From: Macrostomum lignano
Taxonomy: Eukaryota
Length of the DNA stretch: 64,000 nucleotides
Direction of reading: 5' to 3'
Assembly: GCA_002269645.1 (NCBI GenBank)
Contig: NIVC01003564.1
Span: 1 to 64,000 of the forward strand
Numbering within the stretch: the stretch's first letter is position 1; each line of letters begins with the position of its first letter. A model generated the notes under the pieces. That model was not told the DNA's origin and searched no databases. It was given only the letters and a program-made list of their open reading frames with translations. Positions 13,132 to 25,452 of this stretch are shown here, one piece after another. A program made the position numbers and the translations under genes.

Positions 13132-13510
13132 TTAAGACGCAGAGGGGAGGCCCCTTGCGCGCACGCGTTCGCAGAACAGGCGGGAGGGGCAGGCAGCAGC
13201 AGCCTGAGGGGTCAGCTCAAGCGCCTGCAAGTCCGCGATGAGGCAGTTCATTAGGGTGGTAGTGCGAGCCTGGCCACGGCGCAATTGCTCGGTCGGCCGG
13301 TGCAGCATGGCCAGGGCCAGAGGGACGGGCGCGCCGCGACCCAGAGTCCATAGGCAGTGGCCCAGCAGCATCTGGCGGCGCCGGCGCAGTATGGCACTCA
13401 GGGGCGGAGTTCCGGCGCGGGCCATCAGAGCGTTGGACGGCAGGCGATCCGGATAGTGCACGCCCAGCGCGTAGCGCAGCAATGATCGACTTGTGCGTAG
13501 CGCACGAGTG
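13132..13510 (-). mobile_element. 5'-truncated RTE-like LINE 3' fragment inside intron 3 of copy B
   Basis: LLRYALGVHYPDRLPSNALMARAGTPPLSAILRRRRQMLLGHCL resembles the post-RT C-terminal region of RTE-clade ORF2. Absent from intron 3 of C and D. Confidence 0.65.
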
Positions 13511-14199
13511 TCTATGGCCATTATTTCAGCCCATTACCTACTACGCAACGTCATTGTCTATAATACACAGCCTGGCCATTATTTCAGCGTGCCGGAAGCG
13601 GTAATTATTTCAGGGTAAGAGTGTGCGTGCGTGCGACTGCGTAAAGAGGGCGGTGGTTGGGCCATAAACTATAAATAAAAAAGCTGTTGGGCCATAGACT
13701 ATAAATGAATAAGCTGATGATAGGCTTGAGCGGACGAAAAGTAGCTGAAATAATGGCCAGTTGAGTTTGTCATTACGCTAGGCTGTGTCTTCTGGACAAT
13801 GATTCTTTAATTATTGTGCCACGTGCCAAAGCAGTTCACAAGACGCAGTGATGGGACTTTCCGACTGGAATGGGAATGCAATGTTTGATCTGAAAGAAAG
13901 TGTCTATGGCCCGATTTCGACCCATCCGACTGAAACGGGGAGTGACAAATATCTTCTCTGAGAGGTGACAAACCTCTGAGGTGGTGAGGCAGTGCAATTT
14001 CTGGGACTTGAGTTGACTATATAGTTTTCAGAATTTTTTTAAAGCGAAATGAGTGCTGAAAGGAATTTCAGCCAGTTCTCAAACGCAGGTGGAACTTGTG
14101 AGCTCTGAAGTTCAGGTAAAGAATAAAAAATTGAGCAAAGTTGACGGTCGCTTGGATTAGGGATTGCGGCATTGTGATGATGAGCGGAGCGTCACTGAC

Positions 14200-14534
14200 C
14201 TGCTCCGACTGTCACCTGTGCGTGGCCCTCCGTGACCTGGAGCCGAGTGTCGTCGCTGCAGAAATCTTTTCTGTCACAGCCACCTTCCAGATGGAACACT
14301 TGCCCGGCAACCAGCACAGTCCAGTCAATGTCGGAGTCTGCAGCTGTCCTGCCGTTGACTTGCACCAGACTGTTGGCCCAGCCCTCTGCGTAGCTGCCGG
14401 TCATTTGCCTGAAATCCTGTGTGAGGTCTTGAACTACTTCTTTCAGCCAGTCAGCCAGTTCCTGCTGACACTTTGCTCTCTGCTGGGTGAATCCCGCATT
14501 GCTGAGCAATTGATGCAGCTCTTTGTCAGAGAGT
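14200..14534 (-). CDS. Exon 3 of copy B: nucleotidyltransferase core (GS...DID)
   Basis: LSDKELHQLLSNAGF...MTGSYAEGWANSLVQVNGRTAADSDIDWTVL. 335 nt, CCAG acceptor and GTCAGT donor. Confidence 0.85.
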
Positions 14535-15394
14535 CTGGAAGGATAGTGTGGTGGTTGGGAGAGGTGAGAGTGCATATTTGCAGAGTGGACCAAGGAGAGT
14601 GAGACTCACATTGAGCGGCTTTGAGCGGTTGTGTTGGTGTGCTGTTGTTTTCTGGAATGTGTGAATGAAAGCTAGGTGAGGAAGTGAAGTAATAGGAAGT
14701 GAAATGGCAATTAATGGGAACTGACTCGGTGGGATTCAGCAGGCGAAGCACCTGCCGCTGGTCGAATCTCTGTGCGAGTTGCGCACAGGTGAAGCCATGA
14801 TTGTCTCGATGGTTGGCATCGGCTCCTCTGTCTATCAGAGCCTTGGCTGCTCGCACGTGACCGGCTTCACACGCTCGTGACAGAGCAGTCCGACCCTGAC
14901 TGTCTTCAGCACACACTGACGCACCGAGATCGATGAGTTTCTCAATGAGCTCGTGATGACCTGCATCAGCTGCCAGCATGAGAGCAGTGGCTCCAGTGCT
15001 GTCTGGCAGATCGACAAGCTGTGTGCTGACTCGCTCATCATTGATCAGTGTGACAGCGAGAGCGACGTGTCTTTGAGAGATAGAGAGACGGAGCAGCTGT
15101 GTGATGCGAGCTGGCTGCATTCGAGAGAGGGTGTCGGTGAGAACAGAGTTCCTGCCTTCGATGGCCATTGCTGCAGTGAAGCTGAGGATGGTGCTGTATT
15201 GGAAGAGCCAGTCGGGCTCGAGGCCGAGGCATGCAACGACATCTTCAGCAACACGAGAGCAAGCTTTGAGTACGCATTGGAAGCGGAGATTTTCTCTCTG
15301 ATGGGAACTAGAGAGACACGAGATAAGGAACTGGGCGATTTGAAAGTGACCGTATTGTGTAGCAATTTCTGCAGCCTCGATGCAGAAGGCGTCT

Positions 15395-16510
15395 TTTTTT
15401 GATTGGTCATTGATAAGTGGTACGAGGAACTCGACGATTTGCAAGTGACCACGGAGTGCAGCCTTTTCGGCAGCCTTGATGCAGCAGGCGTCTTTATTTG
15501 ATTGGTCATAGATTAGTGGTACGAGGAACTCGACGGCTTGAAAGTGACCCATGAATGCAGCATTTTCTGCAGCCTTGATGCAGCAGGCGTCTTTATTTGA
15601 TTGGTCATTGATTAGTGGTACGAGGAACTCGACGATTTGCAAGTGACCATTCATTGCAGCCTTTTCGGCAGCCTTGATGCAGCAGGCGTCTTTATTTGAT
15701 TAGTCATTGATTAGTGGTACGAGGAACTCGACGATTTGAAAGTGACCATTCATTGCAGCCCCTTCGGCAACCTTGATGCAGCAGGCGTCTTTATTTGATT
15801 GGTCATAGATTAGTGGTACGAGGAACTCGACGATTTGCAAGTGACCCTTGATTGCAGCCCATTCGGCAGCCTTGATGCAGTAGGCGTCTTTATTTGATTG
15901 GTCATAGATTAGTGGTACGAGGAACTCGACGATTTGCAAGTGACCACGGATTGCAGCCCCTTCGGCAACCTCGATGCAGCAGGCGTTTTTATTTGATTGG
16001 TCATAGATTAGTGGTACGAGGAACTCGACGATTTGCAAGTGACCATTCATTGCAGCCCATTCGGCAGCCTTGATGCAGCAGGCGTCTTTATTTGATTGGT
16101 CATTGATTAGTGGTACGAGGAACTCGACGATTTGCAAGTGACCACGGATTGCAGCCCCTTCGGCAACCTTGATGCAGCAGGCGTCTTTATTTGATTGGTA
16201 ATTGATTAGTGGTACGAGGAACTCGACTATTTGCAAGTGACCATTCATTGCAGCCCATTCGGCAGCCTTGATGCAGCAGGCGTTTTTATTTGATTGGTAA
16301 TTGATTAGTGGTACGAGGAACTCGACTATTTGCAAGTGACCATTCATTGCAGCCCATTCGGCAGCCTTGATGCAGCAGGCGTTTTTATTTGATTGGTCAT
16401 TGATTAGTGGTACGAGGAACTCGACGATTTGAAAGTGACCACGGAGTGCAGCCTCTTCGGCAGCCAATGTGCAGCAGCAGTCTTTTTTTGATTGGTCATT
16501 GATTAGTGAT
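15395..16510 (-). repeat. Coding 99-bp ankyrin-like tandem array, copy B (12 motifs)
   Basis: Anchor spacing 15406 to 16495 = 1089 = 11 x 99. Confidence 0.9.
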
Positions 16511-16906
16511 ACGAAAAACTGGACGTCTTCAAAGCGATTATGAGATGCGGCACTTACAGTAGCTCGAACGATATCGTAGAAGTTGGCATGGGTTGCAGCA
16601 GTTGGCGTGATGTTGTCGGTGCTGACGGCCTGATGGCGGCTTTGATTTTGGTCCATAGTTCTGGTGAGAGGTGTTGATGTTATGAAGCGATGTGTAGAGG
16701 GAGGAAGTGAAGTGATGTAGATAATTGTAAATTTTACCATAAAGCACTACCTTAAGTAATTTTCTAATATAATTTAATCATATACTAATTTAACTTAATT
16801 TAAACTCCCAATCTGTTTTTGTATCTATCGAGTGTACAGTTGGACCTCATTTGCTTGAATGTCTAAAATACCGCTTGTTCAAGGTTGTGATTGAAGAGTT
16901 GCAAAC

Positions 16907-17241
16907 ATGGGCAACAAATGTGCTGAAATCAACTGTCATTCTGGCTACGTTCGAAAAAATTCACAGAAAAGTCTAGAACGGACGGCAGAATTTTATTTTT
17001 TTATTTCCTCTACACAATCCACTGCTTCTCTTAGGATGGCTGCAAGACTGCGAAGCATTCAAAGATAAAACTACAGCCAGACAAAACAATCGAGATTGTG
17101 CTCCTTGCAGTTCAAGGACCATGGCTGACTTCATCGCCACGTCCCACGGCACCAATCCTCGTCGCAGGTGCAAGAGAGATAGTGAAGTGCTGTGTTAAAC
17201 TTCGACTAAAAAGTGACGCAGTTCCGACTGTCTTTTCTCCA
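16907..17241 (+). mobile_element. Degenerate THAP-domain transposon remnant upstream of copy B
   Basis: MGNKC.EINC.SGY...F.FP...W...RLCSLQF...KLRLKSDAVPTVF across frameshifts. Confidence 0.65.
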
Positions 17242-18185
17242 CTAGAAGGACGATTTGGATGGCATCGGCACCACAAGGGATGGAACTACGATAAGGAGGA
17301 GGGAAAGGAACGGTGATACGGGAGGGAGAAGGAGGGGAGGGAGAGAGAGAAGGAGGGGAGGAAAAAAGAGGGGAGAGAGGGAAGAAGGAGAAGAAGGGAG
17401 GGAGTAGGGATAGGGAGGGAAGGAAGAAAGAAAAGAGGGGAGGGGGAGGGAGGAGGGAGCAGGAGGGAGGCAACAACATGTTCATGAATATGAGAGCAAA
17501 ACATAGTCTGTGAATTCAGAGTAAAGCATTTTTTCAGTGGGCAATCGCAAGCCCAATTGACAGCTCACTCCAACGCCGGCCCAGTAGACTGAAGCAGGGC
17601 ATAGCAGAACTCACCAATCGACAGTTATGATTATGAACTCGCCAGTCTGCTGATGGAGCGGCAGGCAAAGACTCGCAGGGCGCAGAGAAGGCGGAACTAA
17701 AAGCAGACAGGAGGCTCTGCAGCAAGCAAACACGGCACTTTACATGTAAATAAAAGGAAGAGGCAGAGAGGGCAGAGGCAGAAAGACCAAATAATGCAGC
17801 AGTGAGCTGGAGGGAAGGCTGAGAGAGAAGGGAACGTACGGAGCCGTCACTGAGAGTCATTGCCGTACATCGGGAGGGCTGACAGCTCAAGTGCAGGAAT
17901 CCCTACCTCTCGGACAAATGAGAAGAACTTGACTGCACATTGGAAGAAGTGGGGTGGCACACATTGGAAAGCGGAACCTCTGCCCCACCACAAAACAATG
18001 GAAGGGCTGGCCGGGGAGCGCAGTAGACGTGGAAGGCCCAGGCGGCCCAATCCGGTTCGTTCCCAAAGAGCAGCTTGGGAAGATTGTCAAAGGGAGCTTA
18101 TTTTTGGTGCAGAGATCTCCGAAATACAGTTTAAGCAAACTACTAGAAGTAGCATGATAAAAATATGTAAAAACAAAGTTCTAAA

Positions 18186-18426
18186 CCAACAGCTCAATGA
18201 CCGGCAGCTCAATGACCAGCATCTCAATGACCAACAGCTCAATGACCAACAGTTCAATGACCAACAGCTCAATGACCAACAGCTCAATGACCAACAGCTC
18301 AATGACCAACAGCTCAATGACCATCAGCTCAATGACCATCATCTCAATGACCATCAGCTCAATGACCAACAGCTCAATGACCAGCATCTCAATGACCAGC
18401 ATCTCAAGGACCAACAGCTCAATGAC
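18186..18426. repeat. 15-bp minisatellite (CCAACAGCTCAATGA), ~16 copies
   Basis: Direct reading. Confidence 0.93.
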
Positions 18427-19247
18427 AAAGGTGTTGCAAGAAAAACAATTGAAATACATTTTCTTGCCTTGATCCGACATCTGGGTCCGCCTTGGCTGCT
18501 CCAGGACCTTATCCTGCATTTCGAAGCCGGCAAGAATTTGTTCTGATGTCGCCAGCTGTGCAGATCTGCCAGTCTGCCTTCCCAGACCCGGCCTCTCTTC
18601 AGTGACGATTTCGTCCTGTCTTTCGTGCTGTCCGAATGACTTTCCAGCTGCGGCAGAGCTCGGCTTCAGTAAGCGACTGGCGTTGAAGCTTTCTTAGAAA
18701 TCGGCCGCTCTTCTCCGAAGCTGAAGCTGCTTTGCTTCAGAGCGCAGCGCTTCAGGTCCTTCAGATTTCGGTCTTCCTTGTGCAGGCGGCGGATGTGCGA
18801 GTTGACGGCCTCCCTGGTGGCCCGCCATGCACTGCAAATGCGGCACTGCTGGGAGGTCTGGGATGCCGCACTTGCGTGTGCGCTACAGTTGCTTCACAGT
18901 GACATCAGTAGCCGGCTTCAACTCTTTGCTGCGATTTTTCAGATCATCCATTTTTTAGCACTTCGGCCATCTTCGGACAGGCTGGCTGAGCCTTGATTGT
19001 GCGATCCCGACCGAGTTTTATGGGCAGATGTGAGACTCACCTGCTCACTGCTTCTTGGGATCATCCTCCGCCGGCAAAGGGTTGTCCGGTGGGTATTTTT
19101 GACTGGCGACACTTGCAGATTCAACAGTTCAGAACAAATAACTATATGTATTCACTTTTTCGGCAAAGGTCGGATTCCAGCCAATAGAGAGCCCCACTAT
19201 AACAGAATTTTAAACAAAGCTTTTATCCTTCAACCAGTAGTGACATG

Positions 19248-19915
19248 CGGAGAGGGAGAGGCGGGAGAGGGAGAGGCGGGAGAGGGAGAGGCGGGAGAGG
19301 GAGAGGCGGGTGAGGGAGAGGCGGGAGAGGGAGAGGCGGGAGAGGGAGAGGCGGGTGAGGGAGAGGCGGGTGAGGGAGAGGCGGGAGAGGGAGAGGCGGG
19401 AGAGGGAGAGGCGGGAGAGGGAGAGGCGGGTGAGGGAGAGGCGGGAGAGGGAGAGGCGGGAGAGGGAGAGGCGGGAGAGGGAGAGGCGGGAGAGGGAGAG
19501 GCGGGAGAGGGAGAGGCGGGAGAGGGAGAGGCGGGAGAGGGAGAGGCGGGAGAGGGAGAGGCGGGAGAGGGAGAGGCGGGAGAGGGAGAGGCGGGAGAGG
19601 GAGAGGCGGGAGAGGGAGAGGCGGGAGAGGGAGAGGCGGGAGAGGGAGAGGCGGGAGAGGGAGAGGCGGGAGAGGAAGAGGCGGGAGAGGGAGAGGCGGG
19701 AGAGGAGAGGCGGGAGAGGGAGAGGCGGCAGAGGGAGAGGCGGGAGAGGGAGAGGCGGGAGAGGGAGAGGCGGGAGAGGGAGAGGCGGGAGAGGGAGAGG
19801 CGGGAGAGGGAGAGGCGGGAGAGGGAGAGGCGGGAGAGGGAGAGACGGGAGAGGGAGAGACGGGAGAGGGAGAGGCGGGAGAGGGAGAGGCGGGAGAGGG
19901 AGAGGAGGGAGAGGG
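19248..19915. repeat. 15-bp G-rich minisatellite (GCGGGAGAGGGAGAG)
   Basis: Direct reading; paralog at 43480..44135. Confidence 0.95.
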
Positions 19916-20119
19916 TGAGGCAGTTCAGCATCGGTGCGGCAGTCAGCAGCTCTGATCTCCAGCTCGGCAGCCAGACAGTCAATTCCGTCAAGAAGGTGCA
20001 CAGCCGCCTCCGTGTCAGCTGCAGCTGCCGCCACGGGCAGGCAGAATGCACTGCCGAGGTGGCTCTCGCTGTGGCACTCAGTGGCTGAGCATCGAATGCT
20101 GCTCGGCTTTGAGCTCCGA

Positions 20120-21205
20120 AATAGGAGTTCCTGTTTAATAGGAGTCCCTGTTTAATAGGAGTCCATGTTAAATAGGAGTCCATGTTTAATAGGAGTCCCT
20201 GTTTAATAGGAGTCCCTGTTTAATAGGAGTCCCTGTTTAATAGGAGTCCATGTTTAATAGGAGTCCATGTTTAATAGGAGTCCCTGTTTAATAGGAGTCC
20301 CTGTTTAATAGGAGTCCATGTTTAATAGGAGTCCCTGTTTAATAGGAGTCCCTGTTTAATAGGAGTCCCTGTTTAATAGGAGTCCATGTTTAATAGGAGT
20401 CCATGTTTAATAGGAGTCCCTGTTTAATAGGAGTCCCTGTTTAATAGGAGTCCATGTTTAATAGGAGTCCATGTTTAATAGGAGTCCCTGTTTAATAGGA
20501 GTCCCTGTTTAATAGGAGTCCATGTTTAATAGGAGTCCATGTTTAATAGGAGTCCCTGTTTAATAGGAGTCCCTGTTTAATAGGAGTCCATGTTTAATAG
20601 GAGTCCATGTTTAATAGGAGTCCATGTTTAATAGGAGTCCCTGTTTAATAGGAGTCCCTGTTTAATAGGAGTCCATGTTTAATAGGAGTCCATGTTTAAT
20701 AGGAGTCCATGTTTAATAGGAGTCCCTGTTTAATAGGAGTCCCTGTTTAATAGGAGTCCCTGTTTAATAGGAGTCCATGTTTAATAGGAGTCCCTGTTTA
20801 ATAGGAGTCCATGTTTAATAGGAGTCCATGTTTAATAGGAGTCCCTGTTTAATAGGAGTCCCTGTTTAATAGGAGTCCATGTTTAATAGGAGTCCATGTT
20901 TAATAGGAGTCCCTGTTTAATAGGAGTCCCTGTTTAATAGGAGTCCATGTTTAATAGGAGTCCATGTTTAATAGGAGTCCATGTTTAATAGGAGTCCCTG
21001 TTTAATAGGAGTCCCTGTTTAATAGGAGTCCATGTTTAATAGGAGTCCATGTTTAATAGGAGTCCATGTTTAATAGGAGTCCCTGTTTAATAGGAGTCCC
21101 TGTTTAATAGGAGTCCCTGTTTAATAGGAGTCCATGTTTAATAGGAGTCCCTGTTTAATAGGAGTCCATGTTTAATAGGAGTCCATGTTTAATAGGAGTC
21201 CCTGT
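20120..21205. repeat. 17-bp minisatellite (AATAGGAGTCC[A/C]TGTTT), ~64 copies
   Basis: Direct reading. Confidence 0.97.
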
Positions 21206-21943
21206 TGCACCGCGGAACTGTCTGACGAGAAGCTGACAGCGTAAGACAACTGCGCATCAAATGCTGATGGCATTAGCACAGTCCCCGAATTATTTTACTT
21301 TTAAATTTTAATTTTTAAAGCAGCGGTGACACTAAATGGAACTTTCTCAGGCTAAATCTGTATCAAGGAGATCCAGAAATTGAACGCACCGACAGCCGGT
21401 GAATTCACCAGTTGCTATCGCGAGGAAAGCTGCGGCACCCCCAGACTGGGGCTGTTTTCATTTCAAAGTGCCAACTCACCTTTTTGTGAACGCTATTTAC
21501 AACCATGGACCATTCTTTAAGGCACTTGTCCAGAAATCGTCAAAGGTGGCCACTAGCATATAACTGCAATAAATGCGTGATTGACAGATCAGAAGGACCA
21601 GATAAGTTCGCATCTAATGAGTATCTCCGACTATTCAGTGCTTACAAATATGTTGAATCTTTTTTCACTTCTGAGCACTGCTCATTTCTGTTCAAAGTTC
21701 GCATTTGTTCAATTGGCCGAATCTGTGGGTTCTCAAATGAAGCTGGAGTTGCTGAGGCTCCCAACAAAATGGGATCCATGGTTTTCAGGGACTGCACTTT
21801 TCCACACCAGTTCAGGCGGAGTTTCGAATCCGTCACAGTGAAGAGAGCTCAGAATTCTGAATGAGTCGAGTACTCAAAGGATTTCGGTTGGTTTGTGTCT
21901 GAGCAGATGCAGGCAGCTGACAGAACGCACGTTTTTTCCAGAC

Positions 21944-23198
21944 ATGAGTCAGTGGCGCCAATACAGATGAGTCAGTGGCGCCAATACAGATGAGTCAGTG
22001 GCGCCAATACAGGTGAGTCAGTGGCGCCAATACAGATGAGTCAGTGGCGCCAATACAGATGAGTCAGTGGCGCCAATACAGGTGAGTCAGTGGCGCCAAT
22101 ACAGATGAGTCAGTGGCGCCAATACAGATGAGTCAGTGGCGCCAATACAGATGAGTCAGTGGCGCCAATACAGATGAGTCAGTGGCGCCAATACAGATGA
22201 GTCAGTGGCGCCAATACAGATGAGTCAGTGGCGCCAATACAGATGAGTCAGTGGCGCCAATACAAATGAGTCAGTGGCGCCAATACAGATGAGTCAGTGG
22301 CGCCAATACAGATAAGTCAGTGGCGCCAATACAGGTGAGTCAGTGGCGCCAATACAGATGAGTCAGTGGCGCCACTACAGATGAGTCAGTGGCGCCAATA
22401 CAGATGAGTCAGTGGCGCCAATACAGATGAGTCAGTGGCGCCAATACAGATAAGTCAGTGGCGCCAATACAGATGAGTCAGTGGCGCCAATACAGATGAG
22501 TCAGTGGCGCCAATACAGATAAGTCAGTGGCGCCAATACAGATGAGTCAGTGGCGCCAATACAGTTAAGTCAGTGGCGCCAATACAGATAAGTCAGTGGC
22601 GCCAATACAGATGAGTCAGTGGCGCCAATACAGATGAGTCAGTGGCGCCAATACAGATGAGTCAGTGGCGCCAATACAGATGAGTCAGTGGCGCCAATAC
22701 AGATAAGTCAGTGGCGCCAATACAGATGAGTCAGTGGCGCCAATACAGATGAGTCAGTGGCGCCACTACATATGAGTCAGTGGCGCCAATACAAATGAGT
22801 CAGTGGCGCCAATACAGATGAGTCAGTGGCGCCAATACAGATGAGTCAGTGGCGCCAATACACATGAGTCAGTGGCGCCAATACAGGTGAGTCAGTGGCG
22901 CCAATACAGATGAGTCAGTGGCGCCAATACAGATGAGTCAGTGGCGCCAATACAGATGAGTCAGTGGCGCCAATACAGATGAGTCAGTGGCGCCAATACA
23001 GATGAGTCAGTGGCGCCAATACAGATGAGTCAGTGGCGCCAATACAGATGAGTCAGTGGCGCCAATACAGATGAGTCAGTGGCGCCAATACAGATGAGTC
23101 AGTGGCGCCAATACAGGTGAGTCAGTGGCGCCAATACAGATAAGTCAGTGGCGCCACTACAGATGAGTCAGTGGCGCCAATACAGATGAGTCAGTGGC
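21944..23198. repeat. 23-bp minisatellite, ~54 copies
   Basis: Direct reading. Confidence 0.97.
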
Positions 23199-23874
23199 TC
23201 CTGCAGTCCGAGGTCCTCTGCCGGCCGTCAGATGGTGGGTCTGTTGATTAACATTGCGGATCTTGCAGGTACGAAGGCAAGAATTAAATTAGTAAAATTT
23301 GTTTTGTAGTTCCAAATCAAAAAATGCGTTTGAACTTCTGGTACTGAGAGGAAGAAAATTTAATTCAAAATATTCACGCACCAATTTTTTGAACTTAAGC
23401 TGAACAAAGATGCTGAAACTTTTACCAAAACAAGTGTACAGGACTCCTTGCTATTCCTATGATATCCCACCGATTAGTCACAGTTGTACTAGGCCTAATA
23501 GTCCCTAGCTGAAGTTTCACCAATTAATCACCAAGGTGTAGTAGACCTAACTGTTCTATCTAAAACTGTCCCTGAGTTGCCTACTTTAAGTAGTATTGTC
23601 TGTTCATAAGCTACGATTCTTCCCTAGAAATTCCTAATTCACGTGGTTTCTTAGAAACCTTGTGATAACGTGTAGTGCCCGAGTGGTAAGACACTGTCTA
23701 ATTCCCTAATTCAGTCCGAAAGTCTGGCGTTTTCCGAGGATCAAGGGTGTCCAGCGGTAGCTATCTAATCCTTATTGCCTAATTCCCTAGCGCCCAATGT
23801 CTATTGTTAGCCTGCACGGCTTTCTTAGGGTCTGCACGACCTCAAGTTTCCCCTTTTAGTGTCCTATTCTGGGT

Positions 23875-24080
23875 CTCCACGACCTTTAGTTCTCCCTATT
23901 CAGACTCCTAGTTCTGGGTTGCCACGACCTTTAGCTCTCCCTATTCAGACTCCTAGTTCTGGGTTGCCACGACCTTTAGCTCTCCCTATTCAGACTCCTA
24001 GTTCTGGGTTGCCACGACCTTTAGCTCTCCCTATTCAGACTCTTAGTTCTGGGTTGCCACGACCTTTAGTTCTCCCTATT
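23875..24080. repeat. 45-bp tandem repeat (~4.5 copies) inside a ~1.07-kb unit-specific insertion (~23390-24460)
   Basis: GACCTTTAG anchors 45 nt apart; the insertion is absent from the paralogous site near 10190. Confidence 0.85.
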
Positions 24081-24557
24081 CAACAAAGAAATAGCGAAAC
24101 AAGTGTTAGCGGAAAATTAGAGTTGAACTTCGAATTCTAAGAGTTATTAAGCGGTAAAGTGGTTTAAGCGAGAGAGCGAGTTATTTATTTTCCAGTCCAA
24201 ATTGCTTTCTTTTATAGTAAATTACAAGAGGAGGAGGGGTGAGCATTATACATTTAAACAAATTAGCAACGGGATTTATATCAAAAATAGAAGTTAAACA
24301 ATAATTTTACGAGATTAAAACAAAAAAGGAAGAATGCTCTGATTAGTGGGAATAAAATACGCACGGTTAATTACTTCAAGTAGAATAATTAAATTTTTTA
24401 TACAACCCTGCCTCACAAGTTTACAGATTGACTTATACAAATGAAAGCATTTTATAATTTTCTATTGATTTTTACCGATATGATAAAATAGATTTATTTA
24501 GATAGATCAATAGATAGAGAGCACTAGATAAAATAACGGAATTGTAGCTGATGTTCA

Positions 24558-25122
24558 GCAGGCTGTCAGTCACTGAATGTTCATGAGGGAGCTGTCAGGC
24601 TGTCAGTCACTGATTGTTCATGAGGGAGCTGTCAGGCTGTCAGTCACTGAATGTTCATGAGGGAGGTGTCAGGCTGTCAGTCACTGATTGTTCATGAGGG
24701 AGCTGTCAGGCTGTCAGTCACTGAATGTTCAAGGGGGAGCTGTCAGGCTGTCAGTCACTGAATGTTCATGAGGGAGCTGTCAGGCTGTCAGTCACTGATT
24801 GTTCATGAGGGAGCTGTCAGGCTGTCAGTCACTGAATGTTCATGAGGGAGCTGTCAGGCTGTCAGTCACTGAATGTTCATGAGGGAGCTGTCAGGCTGTC
24901 AGTCACTGATTGTTCATGAGGGAGCTGTCAGGCTTTCAGTCACTGAATGTTCATGAGGGAGCTGTCAGGCTGTCAGTCACTGAATGTTCATGAGGGAGCT
25001 GTCAGGCTGTCAGTCACTGAATGTTCATGAGGGAGCTGTCAGGCTGTCAGTCACTGAATGTTCATGAGGGAGCTGTCAGGCTGTCAGTCACTGAATGCTC
25101 ATGAGGGAGCTGTCAGGCTGTC
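24558..25122. repeat. 37-bp minisatellite, ~15 copies, 3' of copy C
   Basis: Direct reading. Confidence 0.95.
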
Positions 25123-25452
25123 AAAAGTACCTATAAAATATCTAGCTATCTATTGTAAAAAGCATTGGCAATTGGGCATTGAAGTCCGCAGAACAAAATC
25201 GCAGAGAAAAGCCCGCATCAAAGCAGACACGCAGTTTGAACAGAAAAAGCAATTCAGCATGCAGTGCGAATTGAATTGCAGCAGAAAAGTACAAAACTGC
25301 AGTTCATAGCATGGGGGGGGCTGCTCGCACTCGATGGCTGGAATAAAAGGGAAATCTACAGAAAATTTACAGCAAAACGATAAAAGTGCACAGTTATTGT
25401 CTGAAATTCCAGTCCAGCAAAACTTGATAATCTGAGCACCGAAGTCTTCAGG

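Larger units (their letters stand above)
11003..16656 (-). pseudogene. ANK-repeat-cGLR gene copy B (12 repeats), disrupted
   Basis: Predicted exons 16656..14726, 14651..14610, 14534..14200, 12475..11003, all GT-AG and phase-compatible. In-frame CAA>TAA stop at 15700-15702. A ~101-nt deletion at 11485/11486 relative to copy C (25936..26036) frameshifts the tail. Intron 3 is expanded to 1724 nt. Confidence 0.8.

Noticed and set aside
18778-18850. C2H2-like motif CRICSAWRATREAVNSHIRRLH on the minus strand (also ~43010-43080)
   Set aside because: In-frame stops lie close on both sides and there is no gene structure. Possibly a decayed transposon relic, but not supportable.
8908-23198. CRISPR-like appearance of the 17-, 23- and 37-bp arrays
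   Set aside because: The units are head-to-tail with no unique spacers and no cas genes, in a eukaryotic context.
23390-24460. Solo LTR (TG...CA candidates, internal 45-bp repeat); similar idea for ~40235-41900
   Set aside because: No matching target-site duplication or PBS/PPT found; left as unit-specific insertions of unknown class.
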